DNA of 41,805 bases from Minisyncoccia bacterium. Its GTDB lineage: Bacteria; Patescibacteriota; Minisyncoccia; UBA6257; 2-01-FULL-56-20. The notes below the pieces were generated by a model, which made no database searches, was not told the DNA's origin, and was given only the letters and a program-made list of their open reading frames with translations. Of the stretch, positions 8,974 to 25,614 are shown piece after piece. The stretch covers positions 1 to 41,805 of the forward strand of contig JBEKBG010000007.1 in assembly GCA_050015515.1 (NCBI GenBank), read 5' to 3'. Made by a program: the position numbers and the translations under genes. Every line of letters starts with the position of its first letter. Positions within the stretch are counted from its first letter, which is position 1.

Positions 8974-10275
8974 CTATCCTATAACCTTTTTGCCTACGTA
9001 TTTTTGTAACACCTCCGGCACCATCACTTTTCCGTCCGCCGTTTGATAATTTTCAAGGATCGCGATGAACACGCGCGGACTCGGCAGCGCGGTGTTGTTC
9101 AACATGTACACATATTTCTTCTCGCCGGTCTTCGTGTCTACGTACTTCACGTTCAGGCGGCGCGACTGCCAGTCGAGGAAATTGCTCGCGGAGCCGGTCT
9201 CGGCCCAACGGTTCATACCCGGAAGCCACGCCTCGGTGTCATATTGCTTGTATTTGCCCGCGCCGAGATCGCCGGTGCAAATAAGCAGGCGCCGATAAGG
9301 CAAACCAAGCTCCTCGTGCATCTCGCCGGAGATCGCCACCATCTCGTCCTGAAGTTTATTTGCGGCCTCGATGTCCGCCTCCGCCAGCACCACCTGCTCC
9401 ACCTTCATGAACTCGTGCACGCGGTACATGCCCTTCACGTCTTTGCCGTAACTGCCGATCTCACTCCGATAGCATTGGCTGTAGCCCGCATTCTTTATCG
9501 GAAGCTGGTCCGCCTTCAAAACTTCATCCGAATAATATGCCAAGAGCGATGGCTCCGATGTTCCCACCAAAAACTTTTTCTCCACGCTTTTTTCGCCGCT
9601 TGCTTCCTTATCGCTCGTCGCGATCTCGTAGATTTCATCCACCTCCGGATCATAATCAGTCCCTTTGAAATATCCCGTACCGAACAACACAAATTCCTTA
9701 ACGAGCGTCGGCGGGATCATCGGCTTAAATCCCTTCTCCACCATCTTATTCACGGCATACATCATGATGCCCATCACGAGCTGCACGCCTTCGTTCTTTA
9801 AATAGTAACCGCGGAAGCCACCGATCTTTGTGCCTTTTTCAAAGTCGAGGATGTCGAGCGACGTACCGAGCGCCATATGATCCTTCGGCGTGAAGTCGAA
9901 TTTTTTCGGCTCCTTGTCCGACCCGCCGCCATGCGGGATCCAGCGGAACACTTCCTTGTTCTCACTTTCGTCCTTGCCTACCGGCACGTCCGGCGAAATA
10001 ATATTCGGCACACGCACCATCAGTTCACGAAATCGCTTCTCGAGCGGCTTCAATTTTTCTTCTTGCTCTTTGAATTGCTCTTTCAACTTGGCGCCCGCTT
10101 CGCGATCCTGCGTCTTTTTTTGCTCCGCGCGGAGGTTTTCCGACGTGGTCATCAACTCGCGCCGCTTCGCGTCCACATCCAAAAGCTCGTCAATGACCGC
10201 GGGGTCCAGGTTCTTTTTAACCGCCGCATCCTTTATGGCCGACGCATTCTCGCGGATGAACTTGATGTCGAGCAT
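8974..10275 (-). CDS. serS: Serine--tRNA ligase
   Basis: MLDIKFIREN start, N-terminal coiled arm, GTSE, YRSEIGSYG..GMYRVHEF.KVEQ, LNNTA..R class II motifs. Confidence 0.97.
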   Translation of the reverse strand: MLDIKFIRENASAIKDAAVKKNLDPAVIDELLDVDAKRRELMTTSENLRAEQKKTQDREAGAKLKEQFKEQEEKLKPLEKRFRELMVRVPNIISPDVPVGKDESENKEVFRWIPHGGGSDKEPKKFDFTPKDHMALGTSLDILDFEKGTKIGGFRGYYLKNEGVQLVMGIMMYAVNKMVEKGFKPMIPPTLVKEFVLFGTGYFKGTDYDPEVDEIYEIATSDKEASGEKSVEKKFLVGTSEPSLLAYYSDEVLKADQLPIKNAGYSQCYRSEIGSYGKDVKGMYRVHEFMKVEQVVLAEADIEAANKLQDEMVAISGEMHEELGLPYRRLLICTGDLGAGKYKQYDTEAWLPGMNRWAETGSASNFLDWQSRRLNVKYVDTKTGEKKYVYMLNNTALPSPRVFIAILENYQTADGKVMVPEVLQKYVGKKVIG

Positions 10276-10316
10276 ATGGCTATCATAGCGCAGGAGTTAG
10301 GATTTTTCCAACTATG

Positions 10317-10344
10317 AAAAAGGTCCGCTGTCGCCAGCGGACCC
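10317..10344 (-). terminator. Intrinsic terminator downstream of the GNAT gene
   Basis: On the minus strand ggtccgctg-loop-cagcggacc followed by a T run. Confidence 0.65.
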
Positions 10345-10358
10345 CTGAACCTGCGCGC

Positions 10359-10808
10359 TCATTGTCCTACCGGAAGCGACATGAGGTGATAATTTGAACC
10401 GAACACTTCCAAGGTTCTGAAGCCGAAGTAGTGGAGATAATAGTCAGGAAGGCTTTTCTTCGCGTCTGCGGTAAGAAGGATAAGATGGGCATTCTTCCTC
10501 CTGCCGATCTCTTTAATCAACCGCGCCACGAGTGCCTTGCCTATCCCTCTCCGTTGATGATGGGCAACAACGTTCACCCAAAAAATCTAGTAGATGTTGT
10601 AGTCCATCCACGACTGGATGTATCCGGCGAAGCCGATGATCTGGCCGCGCTCTTCCGCAACGAAATATACCGGCCGCGGGCCCCCACCCGTGGCGAACAT
10701 GTCCCCGATCTCTTTCCTCGCCGATAGTTCATATTTCCGTGAATAATTCTCTCCGACAATCGCGGCAGCCTTTCTCGCTTCACCTTTTCGTAATAGCCTG
10801 ATTCTCAT
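10359..10808 (-). pseudogene. GNAT family acetyltransferase interrupted by an in-frame TAG
   Basis: ORFs 10587..10808 and 10359..10577 are in the same frame: ...SWMDYNIY*IFWVNVVAHHQRRGIGKALV (acetyl-CoA motif A); GGAGG SD upstream. Confidence 0.8.
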
Positions 10809-11033
10809 GGCGTGCCTCCTAGGAAACTAGCTAGATTAAATCATAAATAGAGGAAGAAGTCGAGGGCGTCAAGTAGAGCGTGTTTGAATGGATTTGTACT
10901 GCCGATGTCGAATAAATGTTTTTGGAAAAAATAAACACTCTTGCGACCACAGGAATCCGGACAACGCATTGAATTCATCCTCTCACCGCATCCCCTTCAA
11001 AAATTCTGCTATTTGGCATAGAATGACTATATT

Positions 11034-12821
11034 ATGGCTCATAACGAATCGACCGGCGCTTCCGTGGAGCAGCTCGACCACATTCGCCACTCGCTGGCGC
11101 ACCTCCTTGCGGCGGCGGTGCTGAAAGAATTCCCCGACGCCAAGCTCGGCATCGGCCCGACGGTCGAAAACGGGTTCTACTACGACTTCCTACTCCCCCG
11201 TGCGATCGGGCCGGATGATTTGAAGACGCTTGAGAAGACGATGCGCGGCTTCGTCAATAAAAAACTGGCATTCACCGGACGCGAGGTCACGCCCGCGGAA
11301 GCGAAGAAACTTTTCGCCAAACAGCCTTTTAAGCTGGATTTAATAAAAGATTTTACGGGGGAGGGTGAGGTAGGCAAAGAGAAAGAGAAGTTGACCGTCT
11401 ACAAGACCGGCGATATCTTTATGGACCTTTGCCGCGGCGGCCACGTTGAAAACACCTCCGAAATCCCCGCTGACGGTTTCAAACTCGACAAGATCGCGGG
11501 CGCCTACTGGCGCGGCGACGAAAAAAACCAACAGCTCCAGCGCATCTACGGCCTGGCATTCGAAAGCAAGGAGAAATTAAAAGAGTATGAAACGATGATG
11601 GAAGAGGCGAAGAGACGGGATCACAAGATTCTCGGCCCGAAGCTGGATCTCTTTACCTTCTCCGACCTCGTTGGGCCGGGACTTCCCCTCTGGACACCGA
11701 AAGGAACGACGGTAAGAAATCTTCTTGATGATTTCGTGTGGGAGCTCCGCAAGAAGCGCGGCTATCTTCAGGTTGATATCCCCCACATCACAAAAAAGGA
11801 ACTTTATGAAAAAAGTGGGCACTGGGATAAGTTTAAAGATGAGCTTTTCAAAATCGAAACGCGTGAAGGGCATCTCTACGCGATGAAGCCGATGAACTGC
11901 CCGCACCACACGCAGATCTACGCGCGTAAGCAGTGGAGCTATCGCGAACTCCCCCAGCGATACGCGAACACCACCAAGGTGTACCGTGATGAACAATCGG
12001 GCGAGCTCGCCGGGCTTTCGCGCGTGCTCTCCATCACCCAGGATGATGCGCATGTGTTCTGCCGCACGTCACAAATAAAAGAGGAGATATTCAAGATCTG
12101 GGATATCGTCACCGAATTCTATGGGGTGTTTGGTTTTGAACTCTCCATCCGATTGTCGCTCCACGATCCTGAACATCCCGAAAAATATCTTGGCACGCCC
12201 GAGCTGTGGCGCAATGCAGAGGAACATCTCCGCCAACTCGTGGAAGAGCATGGCGCGAAGGCCGTCGAAGCGCCGGGAGAGGCGGCGCTCTATGGCCCGA
12301 AGATCGACTTCATGGGCAAAGACGCAATCGGCCGTTCGGTTCAGATCGCCACCATCCAGCTCGACATGAATCAGCCGGAACGGTTCGACCTTTTCTGTAT
12401 CAATGAGAACGGTGAGCGCGAACGTATTGTGATGATCCACGCAGCGATTATGGGATCAATCGAACGATTCCTCTCCGTCATCATCGAGCACTTCGCCGGC
12501 AAGTTCCCCGTCTGGCTCGCGCCGGTGCAGGCGACCATTCTCCCGGTCAGTGAAAAATTTGCAGATTACGGAAAGAAAACATACGACGCGCTCGTTACCG
12601 CGGACATCCGCGCGGAACTTTCCGAAGCCAACGAATCGCTCGGTAAACGCATCCGCGAGGCGGAAGTTATGAAAATCCCTTACGTGCTCGTCGTCGGCGA
12701 AAAAGAAGCTGGTGCGGGAACCGTGAACGTCCGCAGCCGGAATGGCGGCGAGGGCGAGGAAATGCCGCTTGAAAAATTCCTCGGAAAAATTTCCGAAGAC
12801 GTAAGCACTAAGCGGCTATAG
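11034..12821 (+). CDS. thrS: Threonine--tRNA ligase (lacks N-terminal TGS domain)
   Basis: RHSLAHLLA, DLCRGGH, RDHK, KPMNCPHH, HAAIMGSIERF motifs. Confidence 0.97.
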   Translation: MAHNESTGASVEQLDHIRHSLAHLLAAAVLKEFPDAKLGIGPTVENGFYYDFLLPRAIGPDDLKTLEKTMRGFVNKKLAFTGREVTPAEAKKLFAKQPFKLDLIKDFTGEGEVGKEKEKLTVYKTGDIFMDLCRGGHVENTSEIPADGFKLDKIAGAYWRGDEKNQQLQRIYGLAFESKEKLKEYETMMEEAKRRDHKILGPKLDLFTFSDLVGPGLPLWTPKGTTVRNLLDDFVWELRKKRGYLQVDIPHITKKELYEKSGHWDKFKDELFKIETREGHLYAMKPMNCPHHTQIYARKQWSYRELPQRYANTTKVYRDEQSGELAGLSRVLSITQDDAHVFCRTSQIKEEIFKIWDIVTEFYGVFGFELSIRLSLHDPEHPEKYLGTPELWRNAEEHLRQLVEEHGAKAVEAPGEAALYGPKIDFMGKDAIGRSVQIATIQLDMNQPERFDLFCINENGERERIVMIHAAIMGSIERFLSVIIEHFAGKFPVWLAPVQATILPVSEKFADYGKKTYDALVTADIRAELSEANESLGKRIREAEVMKIPYVLVVGEKEAGAGTVNVRSRNGGEGEEMPLEKFLGKISEDVSTKRL

Positions 12822-12859
12822 AAAAATGGCTCCAGAAACCATAAGATCTCTGAAGCCAT
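12822..12859 (-). terminator. Intrinsic terminator for the small minus-strand gene
   Basis: Minus strand: atggcttcagaga-loop-tttctggagccat then a T run (G-U pairs favour the minus strand). Confidence 0.6.
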
Positions 12860-12865
12860 GACCTC

Positions 12866-13069
12866 CTACGAAGCGGATGGTGTTTTCGCTTTCCGTGACG
12901 GTGAGGAAGAAAAAACGTACTCGAACCGCATCTGAACGACCTCTCTTCGCGCGGGAGGATGACTGAAAATGCGACGACGCACCATCCGCGCGAGCGCGAG
13001 AGCCGGCACAAAAATACAAGCGACTCCCAACACTATCAACGAGACTAAACTTAGACCTTCCCAATCCAT
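12866..13069 (-). CDS. Small single-pass membrane hypothetical protein (67 aa)
   Basis: GGAGGTGATC directly before the ATG, hydrophobic helix followed by a basic patch, terminator after the stop. Confidence 0.6.
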   Translation of the reverse strand: MDWEGLSLVSLIVLGVACIFVPALALARMVRRRIFSHPPARREVVQMRFEYVFSSSPSRKAKTPSAS

Positions 13070-13108
13070 GATCACCTCCCGGCGATCTTTCTGAAAACAT
13101 TATATAAT

Positions 13109-14023
13109 ATGGAAAAAAAAGGGTCAATCCCGCGCATCATCGCCGTCGTCGGCCCGACGGCCAGCGGAAAAACCGCGCTCGGGATCGCGCTCGCACGCGA
13201 ATTCGGCGGCGAGATCGTCTCCGCCGACTCCCGACAGATCTATCGCGGGATGGACATCGGCACCGCAAAGCCGACCGCAGCGGAGCGCCGCGCGATCCCC
13301 CATCATCTTATTGATATCAAAGATCCCGACGAGGACTACACCGTCGCGGACTACCAGCGCGATGCCATTGCCGCGATCAACAGCATCATCGCGCGGGGCA
13401 ACGTTCCCCTGCTCGTCGGCGGCACCGGGCTCTATGTGCGAGCGGTACTGGAGAATTTGGATATCCCGAAAACGGTTGCCAATCCGGAGCTGCGTGCGCA
13501 AATAGAAAAAGAGATCGCGGATGTCGGGCTGGAAGCCGTGTTCAAAAAATTAGTGGCTCTCGACCCGGAAGCTGCGTACGTGGTGGACCCGAAGAATCCC
13601 CGCCGCGTGGTGCGTGCGCTTGAGGTCGCGATCGCGACGGGTGTTCCGTTCACCGCGCAGCGTGCGAAGCATGCGCCGCTCTTTGATACGCTCGTGCTTG
13701 GGCTCAATCCTGCGCCGGAGATATTGCGCGAGCGCATCGACCGGCGCGTGGATGCGATGATGCGCGATGGACTCGTTCATGAAGTTTCAACGCTTATAAA
13801 AAAATACGGCCAAGCGCCGACCGCGTTCGACGCGATTGGCTATCGAGAAATTGTCGCTCACCTCGATGGCGCGCTATCGCTCGAGGACGCCACGACGGTG
13901 ATCAAAATGGACACATGGCACTACGCCAAGCGCCAGATGACGTGGTTCAAAAAGAGCAACAGAATCCACTGGATCGAAGGTATCAATGAATCGTTTCCTC
14001 TCGCACAAAATTTTTTACGCTAG
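13109..14023 (+). CDS. miaA: tRNA dimethylallyltransferase
   Basis: GPTASGKT, DSRQIYRGMDIGTAKP, VGGTGLY, AKRQMTWF. Confidence 0.97.
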   Translation: MEKKGSIPRIIAVVGPTASGKTALGIALAREFGGEIVSADSRQIYRGMDIGTAKPTAAERRAIPHHLIDIKDPDEDYTVADYQRDAIAAINSIIARGNVPLLVGGTGLYVRAVLENLDIPKTVANPELRAQIEKEIADVGLEAVFKKLVALDPEAAYVVDPKNPRRVVRALEVAIATGVPFTAQRAKHAPLFDTLVLGLNPAPEILRERIDRRVDAMMRDGLVHEVSTLIKKYGQAPTAFDAIGYREIVAHLDGALSLEDATTVIKMDTWHYAKRQMTWFKKSNRIHWIEGINESFPLAQNFLR

Positions 14024-15436
14024 ATTCTTCTCAAATATCTCCTTCAACATGTCCGGTCGCGCACGGCCTTTCAGCTTTGCCATCGCCTGACCGATCAAAA
14101 ACTGCAAGCTCGCCACTTTTCCTTTTTTATAATCCGCGACCGCAGCGTAATGCTCCGCGATGACCGCGAGCACGACCGCCTCCACTTCGTCGGTATTGGA
14201 GATGCCGATATTCTCACTCTGCATGATCTCCTTTGGATCGGCGCCCGTCTCAAACATCTTTGCAAGCATATCCTTCGCCTGACGGCTCGTGATCTTCTTC
14301 TGGTCGATAAGCACCGCAAGGCTTGCCAAATGATCAGGGCCAACTTTTAAATCTGCGAATGAAACGGCCGCCTGGTTCATCAATCCGCGCAGATCGCTCG
14401 ATAAATAGTTATAGACCGTGGTGATACTCCCGTCCGGGATCTCTTCGCGGAATTCGGACACCGCTTCTTCAAAATAATTCGCCGCAGCCAATTCCCCCGC
14501 GAGCGCATCGGCGGCTCGTTCATCCAAACCATATTCGTGCGCGAACCGCACGCGCTTTTGCGCGGGGAGTTCCGGAATGGAATCGCGTAACGCTTCAATA
14601 TCAAACACCGCCGTCTCGAACGGCGGAATGTCCGGCTCGGGGAAATAACGATAGTCCTGCGCCTCCTCCTTGGAACGCTGAGACACGCTCTTCTGTTTTG
14701 CATCATCCCAGCCGCGCGTCTCCTGGTGAACCGTCTCGCCTTTATCCAAAATTTCCGTCTGACGCTTGATCTCGTAATTGATCGCCTGAAACACCGAGTT
14801 GAACGAGTTCAGGTTCTTCACCTCCGCGCGCGTGCCGAGCATCGCCGGGTCCGACGAGATGGAAATATTCGCGTCGGCGCGCATCTGGCCACGCTCAAGA
14901 TCCGCGTCCGAAACGCCCAGGTAACGGAGTACCAACTGCAACTCTTTCATGAACGCCACCGCATCCTCGGCGCTGCGGATGTCCGGCTCGGTCACGAGCT
15001 CCATGAGCGGCACGCTGGCGCGATTGTAATCGACGAGCGTTCCGCCACCCGCATCGTCGTGCATCAGCTTGCCTGCATCTTCCTCCAAGTGAATGTGATT
15101 TATTTTTATGTCGCGCAACATTCCGCCGAGCACCAGCGGCTGGCCGGACTGAGAAATTTGATACGCCTTCGGAAGATCGGGATAAAAATAATTCTTGCGA
15201 TCGAAGCGCGAGCGCTCATTCGGCGTCCCGCCGGTCGCGAGGCCAACTTTCAAAACATATTCGATCGCCTGCTTATTCGGCACAGGTAACGTTCCCGGAT
15301 GGCCCATGCACACCGGACACACATTCACATTCGGATGCAACTCGCTCGGATCATTAAGAGAATCGCAGAACATTTTGGTACGCGTCGCGAGTTCCGCGTG
15401 CACCTCAAGGCCGATGGTTGGTTTATAGTCGCTCAT
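14015..15436 (-). CDS. gatB: Asp-tRNA(Asn)/Glu-tRNA(Gln) amidotransferase subunit B
   Basis: IGLEVH, RKNYFYPDLPK.YQISQ, HLEEDAGK, EVKNLNS, YRYFPEPD; start re-called at MSDYK. Confidence 0.97.
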   Translation of the reverse strand: MSDYKPTIGLEVHAELATRTKMFCDSLNDPSELHPNVNVCPVCMGHPGTLPVPNKQAIEYVLKVGLATGGTPNERSRFDRKNYFYPDLPKAYQISQSGQPLVLGGMLRDIKINHIHLEEDAGKLMHDDAGGGTLVDYNRASVPLMELVTEPDIRSAEDAVAFMKELQLVLRYLGVSDADLERGQMRADANISISSDPAMLGTRAEVKNLNSFNSVFQAINYEIKRQTEILDKGETVHQETRGWDDAKQKSVSQRSKEEAQDYRYFPEPDIPPFETAVFDIEALRDSIPELPAQKRVRFAHEYGLDERAADALAGELAAANYFEEAVSEFREEIPDGSITTVYNYLSSDLRGLMNQAAVSFADLKVGPDHLASLAVLIDQKKITSRQAKDMLAKMFETGADPKEIMQSENIGISNTDEVEAVVLAVIAEHYAAVADYKKGKVASLQFLIGQAMAKLKGRARPDMLKEIFEKNLA

Positions 15437-15509
15437 GGTATCGTGCGGTTGCTTTCCTATGATAGTAGCGGAAAATCCTGCATTCTTCAACTATGATATA
15501 CTACATAAA

Positions 15510-16052
15510 ATGATAATCACCATCGGAGGAAAGGTAGGCGCAGGAAAGTCCACGCTCGCAGCGATGCTATCGCATGAACTGAATTATGAACAGCTGTATG
15601 TGGGCGGCATTTTCCGCGAAATGGCTGCGGAGAAAAATCTCACCATCGAGCAGTTCTATACAGAGCTCAAAGACGATCCCGCAATCGAACAAACCGTGGA
15701 CCAGCGCCAGGCGACGCTCATGCGCGAGAAGGATAACCTTATCGTGAAGGGACGCATCGCGTGGTACTTCGCCAAAAGCAGCCCTTTTAAGATATTTAAC
15801 GTCTTTCTCGCTGTCGATCCCACAACGGGCGCGCGCCGTTCCGGCGAGCGAAAAGAGAACGCAGGACGATCGACCGATGAAATGATCATCGCTACCGCCG
15901 AGCGCGAAAAGATGGAGCACGAGCGATATTCCATGCTCTACGGAATCGAAAACCATCTCGACCCAGCCCACTACGATCTTGTCATTGATACGAGCATGCT
16001 CACTCCACAAGAAACATTCGACAAGGTGATGACGGCGGTGAAAGGACAATAA
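15510..16052 (+). CDS. cmk: Cytidylate kinase (short, archaeal-type family)
   Basis: IITIGGKVGAGKST, GGIFREMA, RY..LYGI, YDLVIDTS. Confidence 0.8.
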   Translation: MIITIGGKVGAGKSTLAAMLSHELNYEQLYVGGIFREMAAEKNLTIEQFYTELKDDPAIEQTVDQRQATLMREKDNLIVKGRIAWYFAKSSPFKIFNVFLAVDPTTGARRSGERKENAGRSTDEMIIATAEREKMEHERYSMLYGIENHLDPAHYDLVIDTSMLTPQETFDKVMTAVKGQ

Positions 16053-16146
16053 AAAAGACACACTGGGTTTCGCTCCGACGTAAGCGACCAACGGAAGTCC
16101 CGTGGAAAACGTCCACTCGCGAAACCCAGTGTGTCTTTTTTATTGT
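16046..16146. repeat. Fold-back element with perfect 28-bp arms between convergent cmk and rplK; may also act as a bidirectional terminator
   Basis: 16046-16073 is the reverse complement of 16119-16146; left arm contains the cmk stop codon; 45-nt interior has small stems. Confidence 0.85.
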
Positions 16147-16148
16147 TG

Positions 16149-16574
16149 CTAGCCCTCTATCGTGATTCCCATATTCTTCGCAGTCCCCGCAATGATCTTT
16201 TCCGCAGCTTCCAAGTTATCGGTGTTCAGGTCAGGGAGCTTACGCTCTGCAATTGCACGAACTTGTGCCTTCGTCACCTTGCCAACTTTGCCCGTAAGCG
16301 GGTTTGCGGCGCCCTTCTCGATGCCCGCGGCAGCCTTGAGCAATGCCGATGCCGGAGGGGTCTTCAAAACGAAGCTGAATGTGCGATCCTCGAAGATCGT
16401 GATCTCCGCCGGAACGACATCGCCCTTCATATCCTTCGTGGCCTCATTGAACTGCTTGCAGAACTCCTGGATGTTGATACCCTGCGGACCGAGCGCGGTA
16501 CCGACCGGAGGCGCAGGATTGGCCCCGCCGGCGGGAAGCTGAAGTTTTAGCACTGTTTTTACTTTCTTTGCCAT
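16149..16574 (-). CDS. rplK: 50S ribosomal protein L11
   Basis: [31 protein letters not shown]. Confidence 0.98.
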   Translation of the reverse strand: MAKKVKTVLKLQLPAGGANPAPPVGTALGPQGINIQEFCKQFNEATKDMKGDVVPAEITIFEDRTFSFVLKTPPASALLKAAAGIEKGAANPLTGKVGKVTKAQVRAIAERKLPDLNTDNLEAAEKIIAGTAKNMGITIEG

Positions 16575-16629
16575 GAGTGAAATAGTACAGGATATTTTGA
16601 TTTAAATCAAGACATGACAGCCCTGCGGA

Positions 16630-17133
16630 CTAAAACGGAATATCCTCCGGCTTGATCTCGTCTTCTTCCAGATTGATTACCGGGATCTCATCCAACGACG
16701 GAACCGCATCCTTATCGCCGCCATCCTGCGCGGGTGATGAAACAGATGAGGCGCCAGAGCTCTTACTACCGCCCTGCCAGTTCCCGCCTCCCCCACCGGC
16801 GTTCGCCGCGCGAGGTCCAAGTTGCATGCGTTCGGCCATCACCTCCGTCGTCTTGCGCTGCTGGCCGTTCTTATCCGTCCAGCTACGCGTTTGCATCCGG
16901 CCCTCGATGAGCACCATCGCACCCTTTGTTAAGTATTGCCCGGCGATCTCCGCCGTCCTGCCCCAGAGCACCACGTTATGAAACTCCGTCTGCTCCTGCT
17001 TCTGCCCGGCCTTGTCCGTCCACACGCGATTGGTTGCCACGCCGATCGTCGTCACCGACTGCCCGCCCGGGGTTGACCGCACCTGCGGATCCGCCGTCAC
17101 CCGCCCCACCAAAATGACCTTATTTAAATCCAT
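16630..17133 (-). CDS. ssb: Single-stranded DNA-binding protein
   Basis: NKVILVGR, TEFHNVVLWG, Gly-rich linker, acidic DIPF tail. Confidence 0.98.
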   Translation of the reverse strand: MDLNKVILVGRVTADPQVRSTPGGQSVTTIGVATNRVWTDKAGQKQEQTEFHNVVLWGRTAEIAGQYLTKGAMVLIEGRMQTRSWTDKNGQQRKTTEVMAERMQLGPRAANAGGGGGNWQGGSKSSGASSVSSPAQDGGDKDAVPSLDEIPVINLEEDEIKPEDIPF

Positions 17134-17250
17134 GTTTTTATTATGGTGTTAGTTTATTTACCCCTATCTTAGCACATTATGCATTAAAACTATCTAAAAT
17201 AAAACCCTTACGTTATACCTTTGCTTAATAGGAATTTAATCGCCCATGTG

Positions 17251-18057
17251 CTACATTCCCCGTTTTATAATTAACGCTTCCATGTCGGGAGTCTCGGTGA
17301 ACTTCCCTGAAGGATGCGATTTGAGCAATGCCTTTCTAAAATCTTTATCAAATTTTGCAAGATTTTTGCCGAATAATCCGTTCGAGGCAAAAGACATTGA
17401 GTGATAGTATCCTAGCAAGCCATTCAGATCCCAAGTATTTTTTTGCTTTTGTCGATACACTTTAAATTTCTTAAAGGGCGACTCGCGAATGAAATCTTCA
17501 AAACGTTTCTCGGAAACTCTAAAATACCCTTTTCCTGCCCGGCGCTTTTCACCGAGGTATTTTACGATTATCTCCTTAGCGGTTTTCCGCCACTTATTCT
17601 GTGATGTCCAAGTGGTATCGCTCCGCAGATCTGAGGCTATAACAATGCCTCCGCCCGGCTCGATCATTTTATAAAGCGTCGCAAGCGTCTTCTTCTGATC
17701 CATCCAATGAAATGAGTGGCCCATAACGACCAAATGGAATTTTCCCATTTTCGCGTTTAGATTTTGCGAACTACCCTTCTTCCATATTACATTTTTCACC
17801 TTTGCCTTTCGTGCCGCCTTCTTTCCCTCATCAAGCATTTCCTGTTCAGGATCTACGGCAATAATTTCTTGAAAATACTTAGAGAGCGGAATGGCAAGTT
17901 GGCCGGTACCACAACCAAGATCAAGTAGCCGTCCGTTGCCGTCGAGGTTAAATTCTTTAGCGATATAATGAAAAAAAATTTTTGGATATCCCGGACGATA
18001 GCGGGCATAATACCACGCCGTACCCTTAAAAAGATCTTTCGATATATTTTTTGACAT
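17251..18057 (-). CDS. Class I SAM-dependent methyltransferase (AT-rich)
   Basis: YARYRPGYP, LLDLGCGTG, VDP...ML, SFHWMD, PGG. Confidence 0.9.
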   Translation of the reverse strand: MSKNISKDLFKGTAWYYARYRPGYPKIFFHYIAKEFNLDGNGRLLDLGCGTGQLAIPLSKYFQEIIAVDPEQEMLDEGKKAARKAKVKNVIWKKGSSQNLNAKMGKFHLVVMGHSFHWMDQKKTLATLYKMIEPGGGIVIASDLRSDTTWTSQNKWRKTAKEIIVKYLGEKRRAGKGYFRVSEKRFEDFIRESPFKKFKVYRQKQKNTWDLNGLLGYYHSMSFASNGLFGKNLAKFDKDFRKALLKSHPSGKFTETPDMEALIIKRGM

Positions 18058-18157
18058 TTATACGATGATTGTACCATTGATTCCGAATTGACATCCATAG
18101 AGACGCGCGTATTATGGATAATACCTGGCAAGGGGGCAACGATGCCTTTCACCGTGT

Positions 18158-18197
18158 AGTAAATAAAAAGACCCGATAGTGGGTCTTTTTATTTACT
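18158..18197 (-). terminator. Terminator hairpin after rpsF
   Basis: agtaaataaaaagaccc-gatagt-gggtctttttatttact, overlapping the rpsF stop. Confidence 0.75.
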
Positions 18198-18648
18198 GGA
18201 GGATCTCTTCTATTTTTTTCTCCAAAGCTTCGTTGCTTAAGGGCTTGGACGGCGCCAGACGCGGCGCTTCTGACGGTGCCGCAGGAGCGGTGTATGGAGT
18301 CGAGTTACGCGTGCGGCGCTCTTCGCGTGGCGGCATAGCGGACATTGCGGTGCGCTCGGCCGGAGCGGGCGATGCGATCACCATAAAGCGGAGTACGTCT
18401 GCGTGGGTATTCAGCTCGTGCTCGAGCGCTTTCATGTCATCACCGAACATCTTGAAGGTAAAGTACACAAATACCGCCTCGGTATGCTTCTTGATCTCGT
18501 ACGCCAGCTGAAGACGCTTTGCGCGCGGCTCGGAAAGGCCTTCGGCGCTATGCGTCCCGACCAGCTTGATCACGCCTGCCAGATCATCCTCGCTATTTAA
18601 AAGAAGCGCGAGCTCGTATTCTTTTTTGTCCTTTTCTTCGTTGGTCAT
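18193..18648 (-). CDS. rpsF: 30S ribosomal protein S6
   Basis: YEL.LLL, RLQLAYEIKK, VLRFMVI; upstream of ssb. Confidence 0.9.
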   Translation of the reverse strand: MTNEEKDKKEYELALLLNSEDDLAGVIKLVGTHSAEGLSEPRAKRLQLAYEIKKHTEAVFVYFTFKMFGDDMKALEHELNTHADVLRFMVIASPAPAERTAMSAMPPREERRTRNSTPYTAPAAPSEAPRLAPSKPLSNEALEKKIEEILQ

Positions 18649-18687
18649 TGGGTTGTATTGTAGCCGAGCCGGCCGGAAAAGTCCAGT

Positions 18688-25422
<6,735 letters not shown>

Positions 25423-25614
25423 AGTGTTTTAAAAAGTTTTACTGCGAAGCATTACCTTCGCGGCGGATCTTTGTATACGTCGATGAAATAAAATGTGGTC
25501 ATCATTTTTGGTTTCGGCCTTTATAGAATCGCACACACCAATCCCTACCCTCCCGTTCAGTCCCAACACGCAAAAAACGGCTCCGCCCTTCCTTGTTTCG
25601 AGGGATACCGTTTC

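Noticed and set aside
10587-10589. Stop-codon reassignment (TAG, or TGA as in code 25)
   Set aside because: TAG ends conserved genes (lepA, serS, rplK, rodA) at expected positions, TGA ends several ORFs, and long genes have no internal stops.
10824-10840. aaactagctagattaaa resembling the AGATTAA loop family
   Set aside because: No flanking inverted arms; could be chance or a remnant.
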